A stretch of DNA of 64,000 nucleotides from an uncultured archaeon. Lineage in GTDB: Archaea; Asgardarchaeota; Lokiarchaeia; Sigyniarchaeales; SOKP01. Each line of letters begins with the position of its first letter. Position 1 is the first letter of the stretch. The position numbers and the translations under genes are program-made. The notes under the pieces are model-generated. The model saw only the letters and a program-made list of their open reading frames with translations, was not told the origin of the DNA and ran no database searches. Positions 1 through 10,140 of this stretch are shown in pieces. The stretch is taken from contig CAZOYD010000010.1 in the NCBI GenBank assembly GCA_964583985.1, forward strand, positions 1 through 64,000, given 5' to 3'.

Positions 1-318
1 ATTAATGATATTAAAAAAATGGCAAGTATTCAAAAAAATCTCTTAAAATCTGGTTTAAAATGCTTGAAACCAGGTGGACAATTAGTTTATAGTACGTGTT
101 CTATCGCTCCTGAAGAAAATGAATTTGTAATAAATGATATTCTTGAGCATAATCCAGATTACACAATTCTTGAAATTCATAACAACTATGGAATAAATGG
201 ATATAATAATATATTTGGAAGAGAATTAAGGGCAGATCTGATTAATTCAAAAAGATTATTTCCACATACCGACGATACGATTGGTTTTTTTGTATGTTTG
301 ATTCAACGAAATAAATGA
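1..318 (+). CDS. RsmB/NOP2-family RNA m5C methyltransferase, C-terminal part (5' end outside the window)
   Basis: LKPGGQLVYSTCSIAPEENE (motif VI with catalytic Cys) and FPH..GFFV tail; frame is open back to base 1. Confidence 0.9.
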   Translation: MNDIKKMASIQKNLLKSGLKCLKPGGQLVYSTCSIAPEENEFVINDILEHNPDYTILEIHNNYGINGYNNIFGRELRADLINSKRLFPHTDDTIGFFVCLIQRNK

Positions 319-390
319 TATAAAAATAATAATTTTTGTAGAAATTTAGTCCTTATTCATTTTTATATTTCAATTTCTTAATAATCATGA

Positions 391-762
391 ATTAATTCTT
401 TTTTCAATAAAGTAAGAGAATTGGGTGAAATCCAATGTTTATTTTAATAAAAGAAAAAAATCTCTTTCTTAGAGAAATAGTTTTCAAACTTTCCATCTCA
501 TTTTATCTCTGGTAGAAATTAACCTTTACTTTTATCCAATAAATACATAAAACGAGTAGGAAAATTTGATAATAATCTCAAAAAATTATTTAGTGATGAA
601 AAAGAATATGAAAATATAACAAAATAAATGCAAGAATCTACAATTGATTTAATACCAAACTTTTTTTCACTCTTTTATGATCTTAAAGACGAAATTGACA
701 CTTTCGAGGAAATTGAAAACTTGAATTTTTTTGTTTCATCATTACTTATTGCTTTCTCCTGA
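391..762 (+). pseudogene. Possible decayed gene of unknown function
   Basis: One frame reads as protein-like text (INSFFNKVRELGEIQCLF**KKK...KRVGKFDNNLKKLFSDEKEYENITK*MQESTIDLIPNFF...) broken by several stops; no family recognised. Confidence 0.3.
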
Positions 763-1318
763 GATAATACCCTTTATCAGTTAAGTTAGTTGCAGCTAAT
801 TCTCCTTGATCTAACAATTTAAAATTAGTATTATCAATTTCTGAACGAGCAAGGGCTATTAGCTCCCTTGACTCATTTAAGACTAGAAGGATTGCATTTT
901 TTCTCAAATCTATTGGAGTTTTTAAAATCATCTTTTTTACAATTGGATTTCCATAAAGAATTGCTTTCTCTGCTCTATTACTAACATTAAAGATTTTTTG
1001 ATCAGGAATTAAATTTTGTTTAAAAAAGAATTCTGCTCCTTCTAAACTTAAAAAAAAAGTATTTCTTAAAATAAAACCCATGTATAAACCAGCTGAAGCA
1101 ATATTTATATTATTTTGAAAGCTAGAGATTACCTTTCTTAATTTTTTGGAAATTAAATATATGAGATGTTCTTCTGGATTTTCATAAGTTAATATATATG
1201 ATGATAAATGCTTATCTTTTATAAATAAGGCAATATTGTGTGAAATTTGATTTAAAGCAGTAAGAACAATTTTAATTTCAGTTTCATCCAGATGTCTAAA
1301 ATTTTTAAAATCTCTCAT
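746..1318 (-). CDS. NIP7-like PUA-domain ribosome biogenesis protein
   Basis: G.YMG...F.LSLEG, AEKAILYG and terminal DKGYYLRR match the NIP7/UPF0113 pattern; next to a NOP2-like gene. Confidence 0.8.
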   Translation of the reverse strand: MRDFKNFRHLDETEIKIVLTALNQISHNIALFIKDKHLSSYILTYENPEEHLIYLISKKLRKVISSFQNNINIASAGLYMGFILRNTFFLSLEGAEFFFKQNLIPDQKIFNVSNRAEKAILYGNPIVKKMILKTPIDLRKNAILLVLNESRELIALARSEIDNTNFKLLDQGELAATNLTDKGYYLRRKQ

Positions 1319-1476
1319 TCTTAATTAGAATAAAAAGAAATAAGTAGTTTTATTATTACTGATTAATTAAGCTTTTAAAAAATATTTTTTTAATTGTGTC
1401 AATTAATTAACAAGATTCAAGAAAAATAAAAATTATTGCACCCAAAAGGGAAAAACCGTAAAGTGGTGTTATTGAA

Positions 1477-2193
1477 TTGGGAATCCGAAAAATTGAAGAT
1501 GAGATTGATTTAAGAGAAGCAATGAAAAGGAAAGCAGCAGAACTAAAAATTAAAGATATCCAAGCAAAAGCTTCAACTGAAAATTTCACCAAAGAACGAC
1601 TTAAAGATTTAGCTCAAAAACACGGCGTGATTTTAGCCTTAACTCCTGAATTGAAAAAAGAAGTGAGAGAATTACAAAAAATGTATAACATACCTTCTTC
1701 TAAAATTATTACAGAGCAAATAACTGAACACGATGTATTATTAAAAATCACGAAAATCGATCATGAAAAATTGGGACTATTAGCATATCAAAGGGTATTA
1801 TTACAGAAAGAAGAAATTGGTGTTGGGTTGGTTCCGATTAATGAAGTATTTGATCTAGTAAATACAGGAATCCTTAAAGGTAACATTGATTTGAAAGATT
1901 TGCATAAAGCTTTACGCATACTCGAGAAAAAACACGTGATAGAAGAATTGTTTGAGTCCGATTCTAGAACAATTATGATAAGATTTTTCCCAATTCAATA
2001 TACAAGTGATCAAGTGAAAATTATGGGTGTGGCTAAAGAGAAAGGATACGTTTCGGTAGAAGACGTTTGCGTATCTTTAAATTGGTCCCAAGATCGTGCT
2101 TTAAAAACTTTAGAATCACTAGAAAGTAGCGGAATAGCAAAATTTAGAGATTCATTATTAAAAGGAAAACAATGGTATTTTCCATCAGTTTAA
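1477..2193 (+). CDS. ESCRT-II Vps22/Vps36-like (EAP30 domain) protein
   Basis: N-terminal MGI..I helix and tandem winged helices (DLHKALRILE; KGYVSVEDVCVSLNWSQDRALKTLESL; WYFPS); ESCRT context; TTG start. Confidence 0.85.
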   Translation: MGIRKIEDEIDLREAMKRKAAELKIKDIQAKASTENFTKERLKDLAQKHGVILALTPELKKEVRELQKMYNIPSSKIITEQITEHDVLLKITKIDHEKLGLLAYQRVLLQKEEIGVGLVPINEVFDLVNTGILKGNIDLKDLHKALRILEKKHVIEELFESDSRTIMIRFFPIQYTSDQVKIMGVAKEKGYVSVEDVCVSLNWSQDRALKTLESLESSGIAKFRDSLLKGKQWYFPSV

Positions 2194-2197
2194 ATGG

Positions 2198-3082
2198 TTA
2201 TTCAACTTTTATCTTAAAGGATATTTGTCCATCTTCTAATTCTATTATTTTTCCTCTTCTATCCTCTTCTAGCATCTTAAATATTTTCAAGATATCTTCT
2301 TTTGGAAGGTTGCTAAATTCTTGGTTAGATTCTCTTATTTCAAATATCAAAATAGGCTCCAATGGTGAAATCTCCATTGCCCAATCATATATATCTTCTG
2401 CCCAATTATCGAGTGATTTCCAATATACTCTCAATTTTTCTTTACTCTTTGAAAGCCATTCTGCTTGTTTTTTATCAACAAGTCCTTGCGCAATTTCTCT
2501 CAATGCAGTATCTCTATCTTCAAAATTTGCAAATGGCTTAACGGTGTGCATCTTTCTTAAGTATAAAATATGTAAAATTGCATATCGAGCATAATCGAAA
2601 AGTACTTTTTGCCACTCATTTTTCCAAGATTCATAATCTTTTGTATTAGTCTTCTTATTAGGTATGGAATACATGAAAATGTATCTTGTTTCTTCTAACC
2701 AAGGGTAATCATTAAGCAGTAATTCATACGTTGATACTTCTTTTGCTACAACTGCTTTTTCTCCAATTATTTCTGTTTCTATGAGGTGTAACTCTTTTTC
2801 AATTTCTTCAGCATTTTGTTTATAAGCGCTATTATCTATTTTCCCTAGATTAGAGGTGAGAAAATCTTCAATTTTATTAAGTCGGGTTTCAATGTTCTCA
2901 TCGGTAGGTTCATTAAGCTGTTCTTCGGTTGAAACTTCCTCTTCTTGAATGCGCTGCAATTCTTGAATTTTCTTTAATTCTTTTAATCTCGCAAGTTCTT
3001 TCCTTAATTCCTCTAAATCGCCTTCAGTTTTTTCTTTTACTTCCTTTGGGATTTCTTCTGATTTTTCTCTCTGTCTTTCCAT
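2198..3082 (-). CDS. vps25: ESCRT-II Vps25-like protein with acidic coiled-coil N-terminal extension
   Basis: W..EW..VLFDY, PF.N and VYWKSLDNWAEDIYDWA match Vps25 winged helices; directly downstream of vps4. Confidence 0.85.
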   Translation of the reverse strand: MERQREKSEEIPKEVKEKTEGDLEELRKELARLKELKKIQELQRIQEEEVSTEEQLNEPTDENIETRLNKIEDFLTSNLGKIDNSAYKQNAEEIEKELHLIETEIIGEKAVVAKEVSTYELLLNDYPWLEETRYIFMYSIPNKKTNTKDYESWKNEWQKVLFDYARYAILHILYLRKMHTVKPFANFEDRDTALREIAQGLVDKKQAEWLSKSKEKLRVYWKSLDNWAEDIYDWAMEISPLEPILIFEIRESNQEFSNLPKEDILKIFKMLEEDRRGKIIELEDGQISFKIKVE

Positions 3083-3104
3083 TCATCCTCAACTGGTATT
3101 AAGG

Positions 3105-4328
3105 TTAATATTCTCCAAATTCTTTTGCCCAATTTTGATAATGATCCAAATCCTTTTCAGTGGTCATTGGTTTGACTTTCTTTAAGGTTTTAATAAAATC
3201 CTTCAAATTTATATCCCTAACAATCACATCTTGACTCGGATCTTCTAATAAACCCCCCATATCTAATTCCCTCACAGGTATCATTATAACTTCGCGGCAT
3301 ACATTCGAAATATCCCTCCCAGAATAACCTTCAGAACGAACAGCCAATTCAATATAATCCTCGTCACTCAAATCAGAGTTGATACCTTCGGTATGAATCT
3401 TAAAGATTCCAGCTCTTGCAGGCATATCTGGAAGAGGAACATATACTTTTTTCTCAAATCTACTTAACATTGCAGCATCAATGTCCCAAGGACGATTCGT
3501 AGCACCGAGTACTAAAAGAGGTTTTTCAGAAGAAGATTTTATTCCTTGAATTTCACTTAGTAATTGTGTTTTAACCCGTCGTTCACCCCCTCCTTCATGA
3601 CCTTCACCTCTTTTTGTTGCAAGTGAATCAATTTCATCCATAAAAATCAAGCTTGGAGCTTTAATTCTTGCAACGTTAAACAGAGTGCTTATTAATTTCT
3701 CACTTTCACCCAACCACTTGCTTAGAAGATCAGCCGAAGATACGCTAAAAAATGTGGCTTTGCATTCTGTAGCCGCAGCTTTAGCTAATAAAGTTTTCCC
3801 GCATCCTGGAGGTCCAAACAAAAGTATACCTGACCAAGGTTTTCGTGCTCCTGAAAATAATTTGGGTTTTATAATAGGAAGAACAATAGCCTCTCTTAAT
3901 GATTGCTTGCAATCTGCTAAACCTGCAATATCTATCCAGCGTATATTTGGTGATTCTGTCAATATGGTGTCAGAAATAGTATCAATTAATTCTTGTTCCT
4001 CTGGGGAATACTGACTTCCACCTTTTTCACTCTCTTTATCACCCCCTTCTGAATCAGTTGACTTTGGTGATGGATGAGAACTACGTCCGCGCGGACCACT
4101 TAAATGTGCTTTAAGAACTTTAACACGTTCTACAAAATTTTCGACTTTTTCTTGACAGACTTTTCTCATTTCCGGATTTTTATTGTATTTCATAAATTGT
4201 ATGAGAATATCCGCGGCTCTTTGATATTTATTTATAGCTTTACGGTATTGTCCATTTTCATCCAATTCTACTGCTGCTTGAGCTTCTCTCACTGCTACTT
4301 GATATAATTTAGAATCAACACTACTCAC
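3105..4328 (-). CDS. vps4: Vps4 AAA+ ATPase with N-terminal MIT domain
   Basis: MIT helix (AVELDENGQYRKAI..Y), Walker A GPPGCGKT, pore loop SKWLGESEK, Walker B FMDEID, ATNRPWDID, C-terminal WAKEFG; GTG start. Confidence 0.95.
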   Translation of the reverse strand: MSSVDSKLYQVAVREAQAAVELDENGQYRKAINKYQRAADILIQFMKYNKNPEMRKVCQEKVENFVERVKVLKAHLSGPRGRSSHPSPKSTDSEGGDKESEKGGSQYSPEEQELIDTISDTILTESPNIRWIDIAGLADCKQSLREAIVLPIIKPKLFSGARKPWSGILLFGPPGCGKTLLAKAAATECKATFFSVSSADLLSKWLGESEKLISTLFNVARIKAPSLIFMDEIDSLATKRGEGHEGGGERRVKTQLLSEIQGIKSSSEKPLLVLGATNRPWDIDAAMLSRFEKKVYVPLPDMPARAGIFKIHTEGINSDLSDEDYIELAVRSEGYSGRDISNVCREVIMIPVRELDMGGLLEDPSQDVIVRDINLKDFIKTLKKVKPMTTEKDLDHYQNWAKEFGEY

Positions 4329-4539
4329 GACTAAAAACCTTTAATTTTAAGATATTTATTTCTATTAAGATATTCTTAGTATTTATACGTGATCTAGAAC
4401 AATCTTTAATTCTAATTTAATCTGTGGAATTATTTCAAATTTTCTCTTGAAACATCATTTATAAGAATTGGACTACAAAAAATTATATAACCTTGAATTT
4501 TCTAATTATATATAAAAATAGCAAAATTAAGTGATTACG

Positions 4540-5166
4540 ATAGGATTTTTAAAGGACATGTCAAAATGGTTAAGCGGTGGTAAGAAGCCAGATTCGATTC
4601 GATCCGCTACAGTCAAATTGAAAGTTTTCAACAAGCGATTAATGAGACAAACAAAAAAAATGGAAATGACTTCAAAATTGGCAAGAGACAAGGCAGTACA
4701 ACTACGAAAACAAGGCGATATGCAAGGCTCAGAATTCCACGCAAGAAATTATTTACAGATAAAGAAACAAGCCCGTGCAATCGATCATTTCAGAACTAAC
4801 CTTGAAGGAATGGTCTTTAAATTAGAACAAGCTAATGCCGTAAAAGATGTTTCGGATGTAATGGCTGGAATTGCTCAGAGCTTAGGAATGTTGAAAAACC
4901 AACTATCAATCCCCCAACTTACAGAATTAATGACTCAAATTGGCATAGATATGGAAGATTTCAGTGTAACTGAAGAAATAACCTCTGATGGAATTGGAGA
5001 TATGATGGTGGATACAGCAGTAACTGATTCTCAGGTAAAGGAAGTTTTAGGTGAGATTGATGCGGAAATACAAGTTGAGGTGGGAGGAGCATTACCAACA
5101 GTTGAACCTGACGGGAAAATCAAAGAATTAGAAGATGAATTAAATAAATTAAAATCCAGAGATTAA
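4540..5166 (+). CDS. ESCRT-III (Snf7 family, Vps2/24/46-like)
   Basis: Basic N-terminal hairpin, acidic C-terminal half, terminal LPTVEP plus ELEDELNKLK (MIM2-/MIM1-like); divergent from vps4. Start uncertain: GTG 4531, ATA 4540 or ATG 4558. Confidence 0.9.
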   Translation: MGFLKDMSKWLSGGKKPDSIRSATVKLKVFNKRLMRQTKKMEMTSKLARDKAVQLRKQGDMQGSEFHARNYLQIKKQARAIDHFRTNLEGMVFKLEQANAVKDVSDVMAGIAQSLGMLKNQLSIPQLTELMTQIGIDMEDFSVTEEITSDGIGDMMVDTAVTDSQVKEVLGEIDAEIQVEVGGALPTVEPDGKIKELEDELNKLKSRD

Positions 5167-5357
5167 CTACCCTTAATTTTTATCTATATTCTCTTATATT
5201 TAAACTCTATTTATTCGAATTTTTTATCGTAAGAATTAAATTAGTAAAAAATAGAATAAAAAAAAAATTAATAACATAATTTACTTGGCAAAATTATTTA
5301 AGATAAAATGCCATTCTTATCATAATTTCTAATTAATTTTATCCAAGGAATTTAATC

Positions 5358-6377
5358 ATGAGCATGAAAAAAAAAATTATTACAATTGGAAGTAATACTC
5401 TCGATGCGCTTATACAAGTAAAAGACATTCTGCGATTTGAGCTATTTGATAAAGAAACCGTCAAAAAATACACCGCTATTGAATATAGTCGGAAATTGAA
5501 CGTAGAAGATATTCGATTTTACCCAGGTGGTTCAGGTGCAAATATCGCTTCGAATTGTGCGATGTTGGGATTTAATGCGATTTATATAGGAGTAGTCGGA
5601 AAAGACTTCTCTGCTCAGATATGTATAGATGATCTCAAAAGAAGGGGTGTTGATTTGTCTTATTTAAGACAAACTGATGAGGACTCAACGGCTTTTTCTG
5701 TCATCTTAAAAACGGATTGGGGTAAAGATAGAAGCATTCTTGCATATAAAGGTGCTAATAACCTGCTTAAACCAGAAGATATAAAAGAAGAACTTTTTAA
5801 GGATATAAATGCTTTTGCTTGGACGTCATTAACTTCTGAAAGTGGATGTCAAGCTATTGAAAAAGCGATAACTCTTACTAAAAATAACGGTGGGATGGTT
5901 TTTGCTGCTCCTAGCATGTCAATTATAAAAAATAATCCAAATTGGGCAAAAATTTTAATTACAAATTCGAACGTCGTTTCAATGAATGCTGAAGAAGCAG
6001 AAGTGTTTACTAAAGAATCAGATCGATATTTTGCTGCCAAGAAAATATTGGATTTGGGACCTAGATTGGTTTCAGTTACAGATGGTGCAAAAGGTTCTTT
6101 ATTAACAGACGGGAAAAAAGTTGTAAGGAGTGGGATATACAAAGTTGATGTCTTGGACACAACCGGAGCAGGAGATGCATTTCTAAGTGGTGTATTAATA
6201 TCAAAATTAAACAACTATCCACTTGATAAAATGACCAAACTCGCAACCGCAATGTCCTCCTTTGAATCCATGAAAACTGGCGTTCGCGAAGGATCAGCAA
6301 CCAGTCTCCAAGAACTAGAGACCTTTATTAAATCTCACGAATTGCAGCAGACTGTTTCCGAATTCACCCAATTTTAG
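5358..6377 (+). CDS. PfkB/ribokinase-family carbohydrate kinase
   Basis: GGSGANIA and DTTGAGDAF signatures. Confidence 0.92.
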   Translation: MSMKKKIITIGSNTLDALIQVKDILRFELFDKETVKKYTAIEYSRKLNVEDIRFYPGGSGANIASNCAMLGFNAIYIGVVGKDFSAQICIDDLKRRGVDLSYLRQTDEDSTAFSVILKTDWGKDRSILAYKGANNLLKPEDIKEELFKDINAFAWTSLTSESGCQAIEKAITLTKNNGGMVFAAPSMSIIKNNPNWAKILITNSNVVSMNAEEAEVFTKESDRYFAAKKILDLGPRLVSVTDGAKGSLLTDGKKVVRSGIYKVDVLDTTGAGDAFLSGVLISKLNNYPLDKMTKLATAMSSFESMKTGVREGSATSLQELETFIKSHELQQTVSEFTQF

Positions 6378-6456
6378 ATCTTTTTTAAAATTCTTATACC
6401 AATCTTAAACAAAAAATTTTAATTATTTAGTTTATTATAATTAACATTAAAAACTC

Positions 6457-6558
6457 GCGCTGCTAGTATAGACTTTGTTAAACATCTTAGCAAAAGTAGT
6501 CTGGTCAGTATACTGGTTTGCCAAATCAGTGACCCGGGTTCAATTCCCGGGCGGCGCA
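6457..6558 (+). tRNA. tRNA-Gly(GCC) with a 28-nt D-loop insertion (probable non-canonical intron)
   Basis: Acceptor GCGCTGC/GCGGCGC, anticodon arm CTGGT-TTGCCAA-ATCAG (GCC at 6520-6522), T arm CCGGG-TTCAATT-CCCGG, discriminator A, no encoded CCA; removing 28 nt restores a normal D-loop with GG. Confidence 0.9.
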
Positions 6559-6698
6559 TTCTTATTTTTCATTCCTCAAAAATATCTATGAAAATTGGTC
6601 TCTTGATCTTATTTATTATGAAAATATTTATATTCATGTAATATCTGTTAATAATGTTATATTATCAACCTTATACAAACAAACAAGTGAAATCATAT

Positions 6699-7319
6699 AT
6701 GAGCGATATAGAAAAAGAAATTATGAATGAAGTACGCGATTTCATTAGGGTACTGCTTAAAAAGTATTGGTATATCTTAGTAATCGTACTGATTGGAATA
6801 GTTGGAGCCGTTGTTGGCGGAATAACAGTTGAATTATTATACATAGAGTCTTCCGATGTAGGAGGATATGGTACTTGGACTTTCAATGATTTTTCAGTTG
6901 GTACGACCCTCTTATTTATCCTTCAATCGATAGGATGGTTGCTTTTACTCGTGCTACTTCCATTAATTGGGTACTTTGCTCTCGTAGTGGGCATTTTCTG
7001 GTGGAAGATAATATCTACCGATAATAAAGCCTTTATTAAGGAAAAGATGAAACACGACGAAAATAAAGAAGCGAGAAAAGCACATAGGAAAAAACACGCT
7101 AAAAGAAGAGGTGGAGGCGGTGGATTTACATTTTTCACCTTCATCATCTTTTTAATTATTGTATTTGCTGAGGGAAATTGGCTTGTTCCATTTGCGAGCT
7201 TACCATATAGTTATTTCATCATTACATATATTAAAATTTTAATATGGATTGGAATAATTGGTGGAATAGCAGGAATTGTCGTTTTTATCCTCTGGCTTTC
7301 TGGTAAAATAGGGAAATAA
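6699..7319 (+). CDS. Hypothetical membrane protein (about 4 TM)
   Basis: Hydrophobic segments flanking a basic, poly-Gly loop; ATG 6699 preferred over 6654 because of an upstream AAGTGA. Confidence 0.7.
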   Translation: MSDIEKEIMNEVRDFIRVLLKKYWYILVIVLIGIVGAVVGGITVELLYIESSDVGGYGTWTFNDFSVGTTLLFILQSIGWLLLLVLLPLIGYFALVVGIFWWKIISTDNKAFIKEKMKHDENKEARKAHRKKHAKRRGGGGGFTFFTFIIFLIIVFAEGNWLVPFASLPYSYFIITYIKILIWIGIIGGIAGIVVFILWLSGKIGK

Positions 7320-7602
7320 GTAATTTATGAATAAATTCTCAAATTAATTTTTTTTTTCTTTTCATTTAAGATACGAAACATTCTCATTTTATCTCAAAAT
7401 CATCAACTTTTTCCTCATTTCAATGATATAATACTTAAGTTTATTTATTTCGGGTTCAATAGTCTTTAGGTGCTAGACAAAATACAAAAATTTTGATTTC
7501 CTTTTGAATTAATTAAAAATAAGCATTTTTTTTAAATACCCCTCAAACTTAATTTAATAATTATACAATAAAGATCTCTATAAGTTCAAAAAGGGGATAT
7601 CT

Positions 7603-8322
7603 TTGAATGAAAATACAAAAAAAAATGAAAATGAAGGAGAACTTCATGTAATATATCTTAGAAATTATTCTAAAGCGATATTTCTTTTCCCTTTATTCTT
7701 TACATCAATAATTTTATGGATAATCGAAGCACTTTATGCTTTACCTGGGAGTTCTATAACCGGATTGGGATTTATATGGACTTTGGTATTTTTTATTAAT
7801 TTGCTGACAATTTCATTTGATTTTTCTTCGATGAAGCTATTCATAATAGCTTTAATAATCGTTGTTATTATTCTGCTAGTTGTTTTTCTCGTATTACCTG
7901 CGTCATTGGCCATGATTATGGGCGAAGTTCAAACCTTTGAGTTTAATATCGGAATGACAGCTGAATTTTACATGGTAATGTCATTTATTTTGACTGTAGT
8001 GTTAGCCGCTGTATTAATAGGGGTAAGATTTGATTATTGGCGATTGGAACAAAATGAAATTTACCATAGAAGTGGTATTTTCGTCAAAACCGAGAGATAT
8101 TCAACTCAAGGGATAAGGATTTCAAAAAAAATACCAGATCTAATAGAATTTCTCCTATTAAGAGCAGGATCTATAACATTAATTTTTGGAGATAGTGACG
8201 TTGTTCATTTAAGCACAATACTAAATATCAATCAAATATCAAATAAGATTGATAAACTTCTCAGCGAATTAAATGTTGATGTCGAATTACCTGATGATAT
8301 TAAAAAATTAACTTCAAAATAG
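7603..8322 (+). CDS. Membrane protein, about 4 TM plus small C-terminal PH-like soluble domain
   Basis: Four hydrophobic segments then YWRLEQNEIYHRSGIF...GSITL, resembling bacterial PH (bPH) domains; TTG start after AGGGGA. Confidence 0.65.
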   Translation: MNENTKKNENEGELHVIYLRNYSKAIFLFPLFFTSIILWIIEALYALPGSSITGLGFIWTLVFFINLLTISFDFSSMKLFIIALIIVVIILLVVFLVLPASLAMIMGEVQTFEFNIGMTAEFYMVMSFILTVVLAAVLIGVRFDYWRLEQNEIYHRSGIFVKTERYSTQGIRISKKIPDLIEFLLLRAGSITLIFGDSDVVHLSTILNINQISNKIDKLLSELNVDVELPDDIKKLTSK

Positions 8323-8367
8323 ATTGAATCTTTATCATTTGTAACTAAAAAATAAAACATAGGAATA

Positions 8368-10140
8368 TTGCCAAGATTAAGAGAACTGAAAAATGAAACT
8401 ACTAAAGTTTCCTACAAAAAAAAAATAATTTTGGTAACTCCCATATTATTTTTTATCATCTGTTCTATATTTTTATATTCAAATAGGATGGAAAATTACG
8501 TTTATTATGAAAGATTAAGCTTTGAGTCTTCTGGAGCAACCATTTATGCCAACTTTTTTTATCCTAGTCATGAACTAACATTTCAAGAAAAAGCACCTTT
8601 AGTAATTTTTGCTCATGGATTCGGAAGTCAAAAAGATTTGGATCCACGCATTCCAAATGAACTTACCAAGAGAGGATTTTATGTGGCATCAATTGATTAC
8701 AGAGGTGATGGAGAGAGTACCGGTCACATATTGGATATGAATCCTCAAACTTATAGAAATAGAACCAATGTTCCTGCGGTTGCTCAAGATTGCTCAAAAT
8801 TATTAGATTTGATTGAAACCTTGCCAGTTTATGAGAAGATAAATTCTTCACAAATCGGTTTAGTTGGACATTCTTTAGGAGGAATGGTTGCTCTTATGAC
8901 TAGTACTTTTGATAAGCGTTTTGTGGCTACAGTTACCTGGGCCGGTTTAGTAAATTTTACAGCAAGCTTTTTTGGAATTAGTACTACCAATCCATTTATG
9001 AATTACATACCTGCAAAAATAGTCAATGAAACCAATCCAAGTAACTTGCTTGCAATTCAATCTATTTACGATGATACTGTACCATATAAAAAAAATGCCT
9101 TAGTTCTTCAAAAACTTACAAATTGTACATTAGTTAACATAACTCAACAATTATTTTTAGGAGCACATTATTTATTTTCTGATACGGTTTTAATTAATAC
9201 AATAAATTGGTTTGAAAATATCTTCTTTACTTCAGATACAATTAATGGACCAATACAACTCTCTTATACATATACTTTATTATTACTTGGTTTGTGTTTA
9301 ATGGGGCTATTTTTAACCACGATATCGATAATGATCTTCATTTTAAAATATTTTCATATAAAAAATGAAATTAAATGTGGTGGGAAAATTCAATCAGAAA
9401 AACTTGAATGTAATACAATATTATCTCCTTTAAGGCAATCTTTAAAGGTTCTTTTTTATTTTATAAGCTTTTTAGGAATCTGGTTCGTCCCCTTTCTAAT
9501 TTTCGGAATCTCTAGTCTTATCATTACCCCTATTATCATAATTATTGTTTATTTTATAACTATTATGATTAAATATTATATTAGTTCAGAGAAAATTGGA
9601 GAAAAACTAAGCTTATATATTGAATTACAATTAAAAAAGGAAATAAAATCACAATTTCACAAGAATGTTTTATTGTATTCATTTTCATCTACGATAATTT
9701 TTTTAACTTTATACATTACTTTCTCAATTTCTTATCCATTTGCTTTTTTTTCACCAGTAAATATCCTAAGTTTTATTTTAGCTTATACAGTTTACCCCTT
9801 TTATTTAACCATGGAATATTTTTATAGAAAAATAATTTATCCTTCATTAAATTTCATAAGATCCACATCCAAGAAAACATTGATTACTAGCACATTATCA
9901 ATCATTAATATTTTAATATTAATGATTTTGACTTATCCTGTTTTTATTATAAATTCAATCATGGTTAGTTTTTTAATCTTTTTAGCAGTAATGATTATGA
10001 ATTCAATAATATACGAAAAAACAAACAAATTTAGTTCCGTAATATTAAATTCTTTCATAATAATTCAAGTATTTTTCGGAGCTGCAGTGTCCACAATTTT
10101 AGGAATAGGTTCATTGATCCATTTAATTACCATTTTATGA
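8368..10140 (+). CDS. Membrane-bound alpha/beta hydrolase with multi-TM C-terminal half
   Basis: N-terminal anchor, HGFG, DYRGDG, nucleophile GHSLGG, DDTVP, GAH; about 8 C-terminal TM segments. Confidence 0.85.
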   Translation: MPRLRELKNETTKVSYKKKIILVTPILFFIICSIFLYSNRMENYVYYERLSFESSGATIYANFFYPSHELTFQEKAPLVIFAHGFGSQKDLDPRIPNELTKRGFYVASIDYRGDGESTGHILDMNPQTYRNRTNVPAVAQDCSKLLDLIETLPVYEKINSSQIGLVGHSLGGMVALMTSTFDKRFVATVTWAGLVNFTASFFGISTTNPFMNYIPAKIVNETNPSNLLAIQSIYDDTVPYKKNALVLQKLTNCTLVNITQQLFLGAHYLFSDTVLINTINWFENIFFTSDTINGPIQLSYTYTLLLLGLCLMGLFLTTISIMIFILKYFHIKNEIKCGGKIQSEKLECNTILSPLRQSLKVLFYFISFLGIWFVPFLIFGISSLIITPIIIIIVYFITIMIKYYISSEKIGEKLSLYIELQLKKEIKSQFHKNVLLYSFSSTIIFLTLYITFSISYPFAFFSPVNILSFILAYTVYPFYLTMEYFYRKIIYPSLNFIRSTSKKTLITSTLSIINILILMILTYPVFIINSIMVSFLIFLAVMIMNSIIYEKTNKFSSVILNSFIIIQVFFGAAVSTILGIGSLIHLITIL

